From NCBI GenBank assembly GCA_965215505.1, contig OZ244065.1, positions 3,296,001 to 3,360,000 of the forward strand: a stretch of DNA of 64,000 bases, read 5' to 3'. Below the pieces are notes generated by a model. That model did no database searches and was not told the origin of the DNA. It saw nothing but the letters and a program-made list of their open reading frames with translations. Both the position numbers and the translations under genes were made by a program. Position 1 is the first letter of the stretch. Every line of letters starts with the position of its first letter. This document shows positions 8,717-18,073 of this stretch, in pieces. The DNA comes from Capsulimonadaceae bacterium (GTDB taxonomy: Bacteria; Armatimonadota; Armatimonadia; Armatimonadales; Capsulimonadaceae).

Positions 8717-11533
8717 TCACGGCTTCTTCGGCGTCAGGTCGTCCCCGATCCGCCCGTCATCCCCGCCGTCGTGTCCCTCGACCGTGTTGTCCGCACCGAT
8801 GGCCTCACGCGCCCCGGCCGTGGCGAAGGCTTTCGGCGGGGCGTTCGGCGTCCAGTTCCAGAAGTAGGCGAGATCGCGGCGAAGCAACGTCCCCACCGTG
8901 CGCGGGCCTGACTCGTAGCCGACCGGGGCGTCGCGGACGAAATTGAACTCGGCGATGGTCCCCTCGACCGCGAGGTCGGCGGGGTCCTCGGGCCGGGCCG
9001 GGCCAGCCGAGATGGACAGGCCCGCCGTCCGGCTCTGCGTCATGCTGTTGTGCCGCAGGACCGTCCCTAGGGCGCGCGGCCAGTCCACCGAGCGGCTGGC
9101 CTGCGGGTCGTCCTCGATGCCCAGGCGGATGCCCCGGTCCGTCTCACTGATGCGGTTACCCTCGACCGTGTTGTAGAACAGCGGCCCGATGCCCGCGTTC
9201 CAGGTGTTCGGCATCGCCGGCCCCGCCGTACTCATGGCCCCGTAGAGGTAGATGCCCTCTTTCCGCTCCCCGGCGATCTCGTTGTCCGCGAAGATGTTCC
9301 GGTAGCCGCCGATCCAGAGCTGGATGCCGCTCATGCCGTCGGGCAGGCGGTTCCCGACGACGATGTTGTGGGCGAACGAGAGCGCCTCCAGGACGAGCGA
9401 ATGGCCGTCCGGCGGGACCGCCCAGGGCTGGTCCAGCGTCAGTGTCCTTCCCTGCCGTCCCACGACGCGCCGCACCTGGCCCAGCCCTCGGCCCCGGACG
9501 ACGTACACATAATACTCGTCCTGCGGCGGCTCCACGTCATCCGAGACGAGCGGCGGCACGAACGGGCCACTTGGGGGCAGAGTCACGCCCGCCCCAGTTG
9601 CACTCTCAGGCGAGCCGTAATAGGCGACGCGCATGTTGGTTTCAAACAGGATGGTCTCGCCGACGTTCTGATCCGTCCCCGCCACACCCCCGAACCGCGT
9701 CCGGCCCACATTGCCCGCGATATAGTTATCGCTGACCGACCCGGCCCCCGTCGAGAACCAGAGCAGGCGGCGGGCGGTCGGGCCTCCGCCGGCATCGGGA
9801 CTGTCTGCGACGTTGCCCTCGATGACGTTCTGGTGCAGCGCGTGCGTCCGCCCCAGGATGGCGGCCTCGGCGTTGCCGCCGAACCGCGTGACGGCGTGGA
9901 GCTGGTTCCCGCGGATGCGCCCCTGCGTCATCCCCTCGAACCGCAGCGGCGCGCGCCCCGTCAGGTCACAATCCGCGACGGTGACGCCGCGCCCATTGAC
10001 GACGTACACGGCGGAGTTCTCGCCGGTCGTCCCTTCCACACCGGCCACGCGCACGTTCTCGACGCGCGCGTCTTGCAGGACGTGGCCCTGCGGGTGGGCG
10101 ACAAGTACGCCGGTACTGACGCGCGGCGAGCCGAGGACGGTCAGGCCCGCGAGGCTCGCCCCGTCGCCCGCCAGCCAGACGGCGGCGGCGTCGCCGCCAA
10201 GGAACTGCGCCTGCACGGTCCGCGAACCTGAAACGTCCTCGGCCTGTTGCACCAGCAGGGCAGGGGAAGTCTTGATCGCGGCCAGGTCGCCGGGCCGCCA
10301 GGCCGGGTCACGGGCGAAGACGAAGGCGTCCAGGTTGATCCCCCCGCCGCCCTGCGTGGCCCAGCGGACCGTGTTGGTCCCCTGCTTCAGCGTGATTGTC
10401 CCCGCCGAAGCCCAGCGGAATTTACCCCAGTCGCCCGTGTCGGCAAGGTCCTGAAGGGGAGTGGGCGGCCCGCCGCCTTCGACGGCCAGCGTCGTCCGCC
10501 CGCTCATGGGCGTCGCATTGGAGGCGGCATAGCGCACCCAGATAGTCCACGCCCCGGATGCCGGTGCGGCGACTTTGTAGGTCAGCGTGTCCCCAGCGTC
10601 CTGCAAGCCGCCGACCGCCTGACCCCAGCCGGACGCGCCCAGCCGCCGGAGCGGGACGTTGGCCGGGGCAGCAAGCTTCAGCGTCGTCTGCGCCCTCCCA
10701 GCCCCCTCCAGACGGCTCCCAGCCGAGATGACCAGGTTGCACTCCAGCGCATACGTCCCCGGCGCAAGATGCACCACCCCGCCGCGATCCAGCGCCGTCT
10801 GGATTGCGGCCGAGTTGCTCCCCACCTGCATCAAGATTAGTGGCATTCGGGAGAGCGCAACTGGGCGCACTTCCAGCGCAACCGGCCCGCCCCAGCCCCA
10901 CGCCCCGCCCGTCCCGGCGTAGACCCAGACTTCGTACCGGCCTGGCGCGGAGGGCGCGCGCCAGCCGACCCGGTAGCGCGAAACGGTCGCCGGCGTCACC
11001 CACGCGCCCGCCTGCCCGTGCTTCGCGACGTAGACCCAGGCGCGCGCCCGGTCGGGCCGCTCCGCCAATTCATCGCCGAACAGGTCCACCGTCTCACCCG
11101 GCGCGGCGCGGTCGGGCGTACACCACCAGGGCTGGGGCGCGTTCAGCCGGAAGGGGGCGCTGCCCCCGATCTGCCCGACGAACAGCCCATCAGGGATGTT
11201 CTGGGGCAAGGTCGCGATCAGGTGATCCGGCGCGGACGCTCGCACGGTCATGGCCTCCGCCCGCCCCGTGCCCGTTTCGCCCGGCCCCCACAATGTCACC
11301 GTCCGGCCGAGGCCCGCTCCCGCCACGAAGAAGCTGTCATCCGGCCCCGCGCTCGTCGTGCCGCTGTAGACCTGTCCTGCGCCCGAGGCCGGGAACACAG
11401 GCTGATAGGTCGGCGTCGGCAGGACGGGTGCCGGGTCGGGGTGGGGGAACGAGGCCGATGTGACCTGGGCGCGGACGCCGCTTGCGCTCATCGTCAGCGC
11501 CAGAAGCGCGGCGGCCATCAGAGGTCTGTTCAT
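8717..11533 (-). CDS. Secreted parallel beta-helix (pectate-lyase-like) protein with inserted CBM6/35-like module
   Basis: Signal peptide ending VRA-Q; AAIQTALDRGGVVHLAPGTY...LEGAG; WVRYAA..TGDWGKF..LKQGTNTV..GINLD; repeated N.I.GN coils. Confidence 0.7.
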   Translation of the reverse strand: MNRPLMAAALLALTMSASGVRAQVTSASFPHPDPAPVLPTPTYQPVFPASGAGQVYSGTTSAGPDDSFFVAGAGLGRTVTLWGPGETGTGRAEAMTVRASAPDHLIATLPQNIPDGLFVGQIGGSAPFRLNAPQPWWCTPDRAAPGETVDLFGDELAERPDRARAWVYVAKHGQAGAWVTPATVSRYRVGWRAPSAPGRYEVWVYAGTGGAWGWGGPVALEVRPVALSRMPLILMQVGSNSAAIQTALDRGGVVHLAPGTYALECNLVISAGSRLEGAGRAQTTLKLAAPANVPLRRLGASGWGQAVGGLQDAGDTLTYKVAAPASGAWTIWVRYAASNATPMSGRTTLAVEGGGPPTPLQDLADTGDWGKFRWASAGTITLKQGTNTVRWATQGGGGINLDAFVFARDPAWRPGDLAAIKTSPALLVQQAEDVSGSRTVQAQFLGGDAAAVWLAGDGASLAGLTVLGSPRVSTGVLVAHPQGHVLQDARVENVRVAGVEGTTGENSAVYVVNGRGVTVADCDLTGRAPLRFEGMTQGRIRGNQLHAVTRFGGNAEAAILGRTHALHQNVIEGNVADSPDAGGGPTARRLLWFSTGAGSVSDNYIAGNVGRTRFGGVAGTDQNVGETILFETNMRVAYYGSPESATGAGVTLPPSGPFVPPLVSDDVEPPQDEYYVYVVRGRGLGQVRRVVGRQGRTLTLDQPWAVPPDGHSLVLEALSFAHNIVVGNRLPDGMSGIQLWIGGYRNIFADNEIAGERKEGIYLYGAMSTAGPAMPNTWNAGIGPLFYNTVEGNRISETDRGIRLGIEDDPQASRSVDWPRALGTVLRHNSMTQSRTAGLSISAGPARPEDPADLAVEGTIAEFNFVRDAPVGYESGPRTVGTLLRRDLAYFWNWTPNAPPKAFATAGAREAIGADNTVEGHDGGDDGRIGDDLTPKKP

Positions 11534-12015
11534 GGGCGTTCATAGCTCCAACTCAGCATCGCCCCGTCTTCATACGGCATGACGCCGTGAAAGGGGCGCG
11601 GGTCGCCATCGAACACGAGGGGCAGAAAACAGTGGTCGCTGGGCCACAGCGGCAGGCCAGGAACCGACGACAGCGGCACCCACTCCAGCGTGCCCTCGTG
11701 GTTGCCTTCATGCGCCGTGCCGTGCCACGCATCTATTAGGAAGATGAACCCGAACCAGTCCGCGCCGCCCTTGCCGAAACCCGGCCAGGAGATCGTCCCG
11801 CGCAGGGTCATCCCCCCGGCGGTCAGCCCCGACTCCTCCCGTATCTCCCGCCGCATCCCCGAAACGATGTCTTCCCCCGGCCCCAATTTCCCGCCCAGGC
11901 CATTGTATTTGCCGAAGTGGAGGTCGTCCGGCCGCTTGTCGCGCCGGATCATCAGGACCGATTGCTGGTCCTGGGAGAGAACGTAACCTAATGTAGCGAG
12001 AATGGGTTGGTACAT
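11530..12015 (-). CDS. NUDIX hydrolase (8-oxo-dGTPase/MutT-like)
   Basis: Nudix box GGKLGPGEDIVSGMRREIREESGL; KYNGLGG; EGTLEW. Confidence 0.9.
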   Translation of the reverse strand: MYQPILATLGYVLSQDQQSVLMIRRDKRPDDLHFGKYNGLGGKLGPGEDIVSGMRREIREESGLTAGGMTLRGTISWPGFGKGGADWFGFIFLIDAWHGTAHEGNHEGTLEWVPLSSVPGLPLWPSDHCFLPLVFDGDPRPFHGVMPYEDGAMLSWSYERP

Positions 12016-12022
12016 GGGCGTC

Positions 12023-13219
12023 CTAAATCAGCATCCGCGCCGGCGCGGGGCGACTCTTGCGCGCGGCGTCGCGCACCTCGCCGGTCAGAAGGTAGCCGAA
12101 GCCGGCCTTTTCCAGCCGCAGGACGAAGTCGTCCCGCGTCACATGGAGGCGCTCCGAGGCCGTATCCAGGTGCCACTCCGCCTCGGACAGCAGTTGGAGC
12201 AGATAGGCCCGCCGCGTCTGAACCGCCGACAGGCGGTACGTCTTCAGATACTCCAAACGGCCGTCGTCCCGGACGATTGCCTCGCCCATGTGGTTGTCCC
12301 CGTTCAGGCTCAGGTCCGTCACGAACCGCTGCAAGGTGAACGGCCCCGCCGTGTAGACCCGCTCCGACCGGACGGTCCGCCCAAGCAGGTCATGGGCCAT
12401 GAAGCCCTGGAACTCGGCCCAATCCGACCGCACACGCGCCAGCGCGGCCCGCAGATCAGACAGGCCGCCGATCTTGCCCGCGTCAATAACGACTTCCAGC
12501 GGCAGGACGTCGTCGTAGAGCAGGCCATACTGATAGATCAGCTCGCCGTAGAAGTCTTGCAGCAGCGACCGATGCAACGCGCGGTAATCGTCGGGGTGGG
12601 GAGTCACGAAGGCGGACGCCAGGGCGTCTGCGACGAACACCAGGACGCCGACTTGGTCCTCGTGCATCTCGAACGTCCGCAGGGCGTCTTCAAAGCCGGC
12701 GATCTGCTCGCCGCCGTAGACCGTTTCGGAGCGCGGGTCCAGGCCCCGGCGGATGGCCCGCCGGGAATACTCGGCCCAGGCGATCTCCGGGCCGGAGAAG
12801 GACAGCGCCAGGAAGCCTTCCATCGCCAGGTGCATCGGCAGGAACCGCAATTGGTTTCCGGCCTCGCGCTTCGCCATGCGCGGCAGCACGCGCAGGCTGG
12901 CGAAGGACCCCGCGAACCGTTTGCCGTCCGCCCCGGCCAGCCCCGCGCCGAAGGCGGCCACGGCGCTCCCGTCGCTGTTCCAGGACATCACCATGCCGTG
13001 CGGGACGTAGGAGACGTACTTGATGCCCGGCGCGAGCAGGGGGCCATCAAGGGACACGACGGCGACGTCATCTTTGTACGCGCGCCTGGCCAGCCGCAGA
13101 TCGCCCGGCGCGTCCCGCCGCAGCAGGGGGACCAGCCGGACCGTCCCGCGCACCTGCGAGGGCGCGATCTCCAGGCCGTTCAGCGTCAGCGTCTCGATCA
13201 GATGGGCGGCATGAGCCAT
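12023..13219 (-). CDS. ARPP-2-like domain protein with C-terminal Fis-type HTH
   Basis: GLEIAPSQVRGTVRLVPL, YVSYVPHG, FLPMHLAMEGFLAL, PHPDDYRALH resemble proteins I recall as ARPP-2; tail LSEAEWHLDTASERLHVTRDDFVLRLEKAG is Fis-like; start overlaps upstream stop (TGATG). Confidence 0.55.
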   Translation of the reverse strand: MAHAAHLIETLTLNGLEIAPSQVRGTVRLVPLLRRDAPGDLRLARRAYKDDVAVVSLDGPLLAPGIKYVSYVPHGMVMSWNSDGSAVAAFGAGLAGADGKRFAGSFASLRVLPRMAKREAGNQLRFLPMHLAMEGFLALSFSGPEIAWAEYSRRAIRRGLDPRSETVYGGEQIAGFEDALRTFEMHEDQVGVLVFVADALASAFVTPHPDDYRALHRSLLQDFYGELIYQYGLLYDDVLPLEVVIDAGKIGGLSDLRAALARVRSDWAEFQGFMAHDLLGRTVRSERVYTAGPFTLQRFVTDLSLNGDNHMGEAIVRDDGRLEYLKTYRLSAVQTRRAYLLQLLSEAEWHLDTASERLHVTRDDFVLRLEKAGFGYLLTGEVRDAARKSRPAPARMLI

Positions 13220-14682
13220 CAGTCGGCCTCCTCGCCGGAGTCACTAGCCGTGCCGATCATCCGGGCGGCGCGCGACGCCAGATACGCCTCCAAGTCGGAC
13301 AGCGGCAAGGTGCCCTCGGCGAAGCGGGCGAAGCCGAGCATCGTCGGCAGGTCCTCGGCGTCCCGCAGGCCGACGGTCGGCACGAGCGGGCTGAGGGGCC
13401 GTAGGGTGAAATCGTCCGGGTCGAAGACCGGGTTGCAGTGGACAATGGAGGTCCGCCGGGCCGGGTCCAGACGCAAGCGGAAGACTCGCAGCACTTCGGA
13501 GGCCCCGTGCGGCGGGTCGTTCTCGCAGCCGTCGGAGACGATCACGATCAATTCCGCGCCCCAGTCCAGGGCGTCCAGCAGCGGCGTCGCCAGGTCCGTC
13601 TGCCCGTGCGCCCGCGCCATCGACGGGTCGGCAGTCGGGCAAGTCCAGAAGGCGCGATACTCCTGGGCCGCCGATTGCAGCAGGTAATGAGAAGCCAGGG
13701 CCACGGCCAGTGGCCGGCGGCGCTTCTCGGAAGACCCCGAGCTGGAATAGCTGCCGTCCAGCACGGCGGCCACGCGCCCCAGCCGCAGCGGGGCCTTAAG
13801 GAGCGCCTGCCGCGCCGCCGCTTCCAGGGCCGGATGCAGGACGTCATGCTGCGCCCGCCGCTCGTCGTCGGTCAGAGACAGCGCGTACAGGGCCAGCTTT
13901 GTCAGGGGCAGCCGCTCCCACTCCACGGCCAGCGCAGCATCGCCGACGCGGGCCGCTGTCTTTTGCAGCCGCAGCCGCTCCCCCGCCGTCAAGAGTGGCG
14001 CGATGCGCTCCAGGAAGACGTCGCGCGGGATCTTGTGCTTTGCCGCCAGGCCCTCGGCGACCGTGTAGGGCAGGCGGTAGACCGCCTCGGCGCTGTGGTG
14101 CGCCTGCCGGAAGCTTTCCAAAAGTGGCGTCTGGAAGACCTTGCGCTGCCAGCCCTTAAACAGGAACCCGCCGACCTCGCCGGGCAGGCACAGATGGGCA
14201 TGACGCGCCATGCCATGGACCTTGGTGCGGTACTTGACCGCATCGAACGCCAGGTCGCGACGCCGCGCCCCGTACTCGCGGGCGACCGCCCGTGCCCGCC
14301 GGTTGTTGATGCGACGGTCGCGCAATGCCTCCAAAACCCGCCACGCGCGGGGCGGCGGCAGGGCGTGGAGGGCGGCCGTCAGCAGGCCATTCTCCTCGGC
14401 TTGGTGCGCGCGGGCGGCGTCACGGCCCGTCGCCAGCAGGTTCAGGATGATCTGCGCCTGGTTGAAGTGGTTGATGCCCGCCGCCAGGGTGCGCGCGTAC
14501 AGCAGCCGGTAGTTGCCCAGGATGTAGCGGTGCAGGAAGTCAATCGAGACGCGCTGGTCCGACCCGTCGCTGTAGAACTCGCGCTGCCCGGTGCAGGCGA
14601 AGCAGGCGTTGACGAACATGACCAGGTCCTCGCGGGCGACCTGCTCTTTGCGCTCTCGTTCCAAAACCTCTTTAGCGTTCAT
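13219..14682 (-). CDS. Helical + vWA protein, probable divergent Ro60/TROVE-like protein
   Basis: MIDAS VLDGSYSSSGS, GQTDLA, IVSDGCEND; ~300-aa Arg-rich helical N-terminus with TGQREFY; Ro60-like size and layout. Confidence 0.6.
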   Translation of the reverse strand: MNAKEVLERERKEQVAREDLVMFVNACFACTGQREFYSDGSDQRVSIDFLHRYILGNYRLLYARTLAAGINHFNQAQIILNLLATGRDAARAHQAEENGLLTAALHALPPPRAWRVLEALRDRRINNRRARAVAREYGARRRDLAFDAVKYRTKVHGMARHAHLCLPGEVGGFLFKGWQRKVFQTPLLESFRQAHHSAEAVYRLPYTVAEGLAAKHKIPRDVFLERIAPLLTAGERLRLQKTAARVGDAALAVEWERLPLTKLALYALSLTDDERRAQHDVLHPALEAAARQALLKAPLRLGRVAAVLDGSYSSSGSSEKRRRPLAVALASHYLLQSAAQEYRAFWTCPTADPSMARAHGQTDLATPLLDALDWGAELIVIVSDGCENDPPHGASEVLRVFRLRLDPARRTSIVHCNPVFDPDDFTLRPLSPLVPTVGLRDAEDLPTMLGFARFAEGTLPLSDLEAYLASRAARMIGTASDSGEEAD

Positions 14683-14700
14683 GGGCGGCTGCTATACATA

Positions 14701-14791
14701 GAAAGGGGCCGACCGGGGAATGGCGGCACGACTGGCATACACTGCTCCATAGGCGGTTTCGGAAGTCGCGCCAGAGTCCCACGGCCGGCCT
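14701..14791 (-). ncRNA. Candidate Y-RNA-like ncRNA or structured leader
   Basis: Ends pair: GGCCGGCCG/CGGUCGGCC, bulged U, GGGA/UCCC, GGCGCGACU/AGUCGUGCC; starts ~7 nt after TATACT and is followed by CCUUUC. Confidence 0.5.
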
Positions 14792-14797
14792 GTGTCC

Positions 14798-14803
14798 AGT
14801 ATA
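14798..14803 (-). promoter_or_regulatory. -10 box for the RNA/vWA operon
   Basis: TATACT on the minus strand; no clear -35. Confidence 0.55.
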
Positions 14804-14862
14804 CCCCAGGCAGGTTGAAGGGCCGCACACGTCGAAGAGGACTGAGAGCGGGAGGAAAGCAG

Positions 14863-17800
14863 ATGGGACAGGACGGCGACAGCGGGCGGCGGGCGGGGCA
14901 GCCGAACCGACGCCTGGCGGTGCGGATGCTCGTGGCGCGTCTGGCATGGCTGGACGGCGTACCCGTTTGGAGCGGCGGGCGCATCGCCTGGGAGGGCGGG
15001 GAGGGCGGCGTGGTGTCGCCGGGACCTTCGGACCTGGCGCGCGCCCAGCGCTGCCTGCACAAGCTCCGCCAGTACCCGCGCGCCGCCCCGCTCGTGCTGG
15101 GCGACAGCCTGGCCTGGCTGGAGGAGCGCCGACAGCGCCTGGAGCATGTCAAGAGGTTGGCCGCCCTCCACGAGCTTGACATCCCCGCCTTGATCGGTCG
15201 GGCCGAGGCGGGCGATGGGGATGCTCTGGGCCGGCTCGCCGCCCTGTCGCCCGCCGAAGCCGTCTGCGTCAACCCGCTCCCCGCGTCCCCCTGCCGCGCC
15301 CTCACCGCACTCGGCCCGCGCGCCGCGCCGTTGCTGACCGCCCAAGCGCAAGATTCCGCCGCCCTGCCGGAGACGCGATGCCTCGCCGCCCTGACCCTCG
15401 GCGCGATCCACGGCCGGGCGGAGGGTGGCAGGCTGCCGCCCTTCACCGGGTCCGGCGGCGAGTCGCGCGCCTATGGCTGGGGGCGGCGTCATGGCCTGCC
15501 GCCCGACCCCGCCCTGGCCGCCGCCCTGCTGGCTGAGGAGGGTGGAAATGCCCTGGTCGCCCGGTGCCTCGCGGCCACCGCACCCGATCTGCCCCTCGCC
15601 CTGATGCCGGAACACCTGCGCCGCCTGGTGCGGCGGGGAGTGTCCCCGGAGCGCGTCACCGCCCTGGCCGAAGCCGTCGCCGAGGCCCGGCCCCTGGCCG
15701 CGCGGCTGGCCCGCTACCGGGAGGAACTGCCGGACAGACGCGCCGCCGAGCGCCGCAAGGCCGCGCGGGCGCTGAACGAGCAGCGTCAGGGGGTGATGAC
15801 GGTCATAGCCGATCTGTACAGGGAATATGCGATGATGTACGGCGACCCCACCGTCGTCTCCTCGCTGACCGCGTTCCTGTTCTCGATGCTAGACCTCGCG
15901 CCACCCTCGGAGCAGTGGACGGCGGCGGTATCGGCCATGCTGGACGACGGCCTGACGCTGCCGCCCGCACTGGCGGCGGCCTATCTAGGGCTGCTGACGG
16001 ACCGGCACGACCGCCAGGAGGGCCGCCCTCCCCTGCCGACGGAGCCGAAGGACGCCGTCAAGCATCTGATCTGGCGGGCGGAGGTGCGGCACAAGTGGCT
16101 CCCCCAGCGCTGCCGGGATGCACGGTCGCTCTGCGTCCTCCTGGGCAGGACCGGCGACGCCGAGATCGCGCGGGAGGCGCTGGCGCTGAGGGTGCATCGC
16201 GTTTTGGACGATTACGACTGGTCCGACCCGGACAAGTACCGCCGGCTTCTGGCACTTCTCGCGTCCCTCCCGCAAGCCGGGCGGGAGACGTACCGCCTGT
16301 GTGACCTGGTGGACGGCCTGGGGGACGCCGGGGCGGTCCGGGCCGCGATAAACCCGGTCATGGCCGCGCTCCACCCGGAGACGCCCGCCGTCCGGGCCGT
16401 GGTCTGGAACGCCCTGCTGGATGAGATCGGCTGGGACAGGTCCGCCCGGCGGAAAGCCTTGCCCCGTCTGGGCCGCTGCGCGCCGTCCCTGGCAGCCTTC
16501 GCCCGGCAAAGCAAACACCCTGACCATCTGGCGGCCTGCCTGGGTGGCCTGATGGCGCTTGACCCGTCGTGGTCCGAGGCGGCATCGGCTTGGCTCGACC
16601 GGATGCTGGCCGACCTGCTCGCGCGGGAGGCGCGCGGCGACGCCGGGCTGAGTGAAGAGGTCGTCCGCACGGCCGCCGTCCTCGCGTCCGCCCTGGGTGC
16701 CGGCGACCCGGACAGGATGATGGATGTCTTCCGGGCGTCCCTGGGACACGCCCTGCACATCGAGGAAGGTCGCTTGGAGCAGGGGCTGTCCCTGCTCGGG
16801 CGCTTCCCCGCTGCGCGGGCACCGCTGGCCGCCCTCTTCCCGCAGCAGCCCCGGCGCTGCGCCGCCCTGCTGGTCCGGCTCGGCCTGACTGCCCGGCTCG
16901 GGGCGGAAGCACTGGCCCCCCTGCGGCGGCTGGCCCCATCGCGCACGGACACGTCCTTTTTCCCCGTCCCCCTCGGCCCCGACGGCGGCTGGTGGCGTCT
17001 GCACCGGGCGTGTCCCGAACTGAGCAGTGAAGCGGCTTCCTACCGACACGCCTGCTGGGTGCATCATCAGAGGCCGGCCCTACCGCCGGGCGTCCGGCAG
17101 GCATTGGCGCAGCCGCAGCGTCGGGCCGAGGAGCTGGCGCACCTGGAACGGAGTGCCGCCGGACGCCCTGAGATCGGCAAGCGCATGGACAGGCTGCGCG
17201 CCCTGCTCGACGCCCCCGAACAGATGCAGGCCGATGTCCGGGCGGCGGTGCGGGAGCGTCTGCCGCGCCTGAACGCGGAAGCACAAATGGCCGCCCTGGA
17301 ACATCAGATGGAGGGCTGCTACCGAGCGCGGCTAGAGGAGCTGACCGGCCCTCTGCCCGCCGGTTTGATCCTCAGCGACGACCTCATCAACGCCGTTCTG
17401 CTGGCCGCCGACCTGACCCAGAACCGACGCCTGCTGCTGCGCCTGCTGCGCGCCCACCTAGCGGGCGAACCGCGCTGGCGCGAGTCGCACCCAGACAACG
17501 TCCGCTTCCTGGACTCGCTGACCGCGCAGGGGGCGGACGTGGGCGTCTGGCTGTCCGCGCGCCCGCGCCGCTACCCGTGTGCGGGCGCGGCGGGCGGGCG
17601 AGTCCGCCTGTGGCTGGAGCGCGACCCGCTGCACGTCTTGCAGATGGGCAACTACTTCGACACCTGTCTCAGCTTCGACGATTTCAACGCCTTCTCGACC
17701 GTCGCCAACGCCTGCGAGCTGAACAAGCGCGTGATCTACGCCCGCGACGGGGCGGGCCACGTCGTCGGGCGCAAGCTCATCGGCGTCTCCGGGGACGGCG

Positions 17801-18030
17801 CGCTGGTCGGCTTCCGCACCTACACGTCGCTGACCGGGAAGGCGGAGAATGCCTCCTTGCAAGCCGTCATCCGGCACTACGCCGCCGCCTTCGCCGCCGA
17901 CTGCGGGCTGCCCCTGGCCGACACTGGCACGGTGCCGACCCTGTTCGCCGAGGCCTGGTACGATGACGGCACGGCGGCATGGGACGGGGAGGGGACGCCG
18001 CCTGCCCGTTCGGGTATACTTAAGGCATGA
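14863..18030 (+). CDS. 1055-aa hypothetical protein: helical region plus conserved-looking C-terminal domain
   Basis: ATG after GGAGG; Ala/Leu/Arg-rich helices; C-terminal DPLHVLQMGNYFDTCLS...NKRVIYARD...VVGRKLI; divergent from the vWA operon. Confidence 0.75.
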   Translation: MGQDGDSGRRAGQPNRRLAVRMLVARLAWLDGVPVWSGGRIAWEGGEGGVVSPGPSDLARAQRCLHKLRQYPRAAPLVLGDSLAWLEERRQRLEHVKRLAALHELDIPALIGRAEAGDGDALGRLAALSPAEAVCVNPLPASPCRALTALGPRAAPLLTAQAQDSAALPETRCLAALTLGAIHGRAEGGRLPPFTGSGGESRAYGWGRRHGLPPDPALAAALLAEEGGNALVARCLAATAPDLPLALMPEHLRRLVRRGVSPERVTALAEAVAEARPLAARLARYREELPDRRAAERRKAARALNEQRQGVMTVIADLYREYAMMYGDPTVVSSLTAFLFSMLDLAPPSEQWTAAVSAMLDDGLTLPPALAAAYLGLLTDRHDRQEGRPPLPTEPKDAVKHLIWRAEVRHKWLPQRCRDARSLCVLLGRTGDAEIAREALALRVHRVLDDYDWSDPDKYRRLLALLASLPQAGRETYRLCDLVDGLGDAGAVRAAINPVMAALHPETPAVRAVVWNALLDEIGWDRSARRKALPRLGRCAPSLAAFARQSKHPDHLAACLGGLMALDPSWSEAASAWLDRMLADLLAREARGDAGLSEEVVRTAAVLASALGAGDPDRMMDVFRASLGHALHIEEGRLEQGLSLLGRFPAARAPLAALFPQQPRRCAALLVRLGLTARLGAEALAPLRRLAPSRTDTSFFPVPLGPDGGWWRLHRACPELSSEAASYRHACWVHHQRPALPPGVRQALAQPQRRAEELAHLERSAAGRPEIGKRMDRLRALLDAPEQMQADVRAAVRERLPRLNAEAQMAALEHQMEGCYRARLEELTGPLPAGLILSDDLINAVLLAADLTQNRRLLLRLLRAHLAGEPRWRESHPDNVRFLDSLTAQGADVGVWLSARPRRYPCAGAAGGRVRLWLERDPLHVLQMGNYFDTCLSFDDFNAFSTVANACELNKRVIYARDGAGHVVGRKLIGVSGDGALVGFRTYTSLTGKAENASLQAVIRHYAAAFAADCGLPLADTGTVPTLFAEAWYDDGTAAWDGEGTPPARSGILKA

Positions 18031-18073
18031 CGCGGCGCGGGAGCAAGAGTGCGAGTGAGAAGGGGCGCGGCCT

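Noticed and set aside
14701-14791. tRNA or tRNA-like YrlA domain
   Set aside because: No cloverleaf, no canonical GTTCRA T-loop and no CCA end; only the end-paired stem is supported
13438-14862. N-terminal 475 aa of the 1530-aa ORF in the track
   Set aside because: It is the antisense shadow of the vWA gene; a good SD and ATG at 14863 mark the real start
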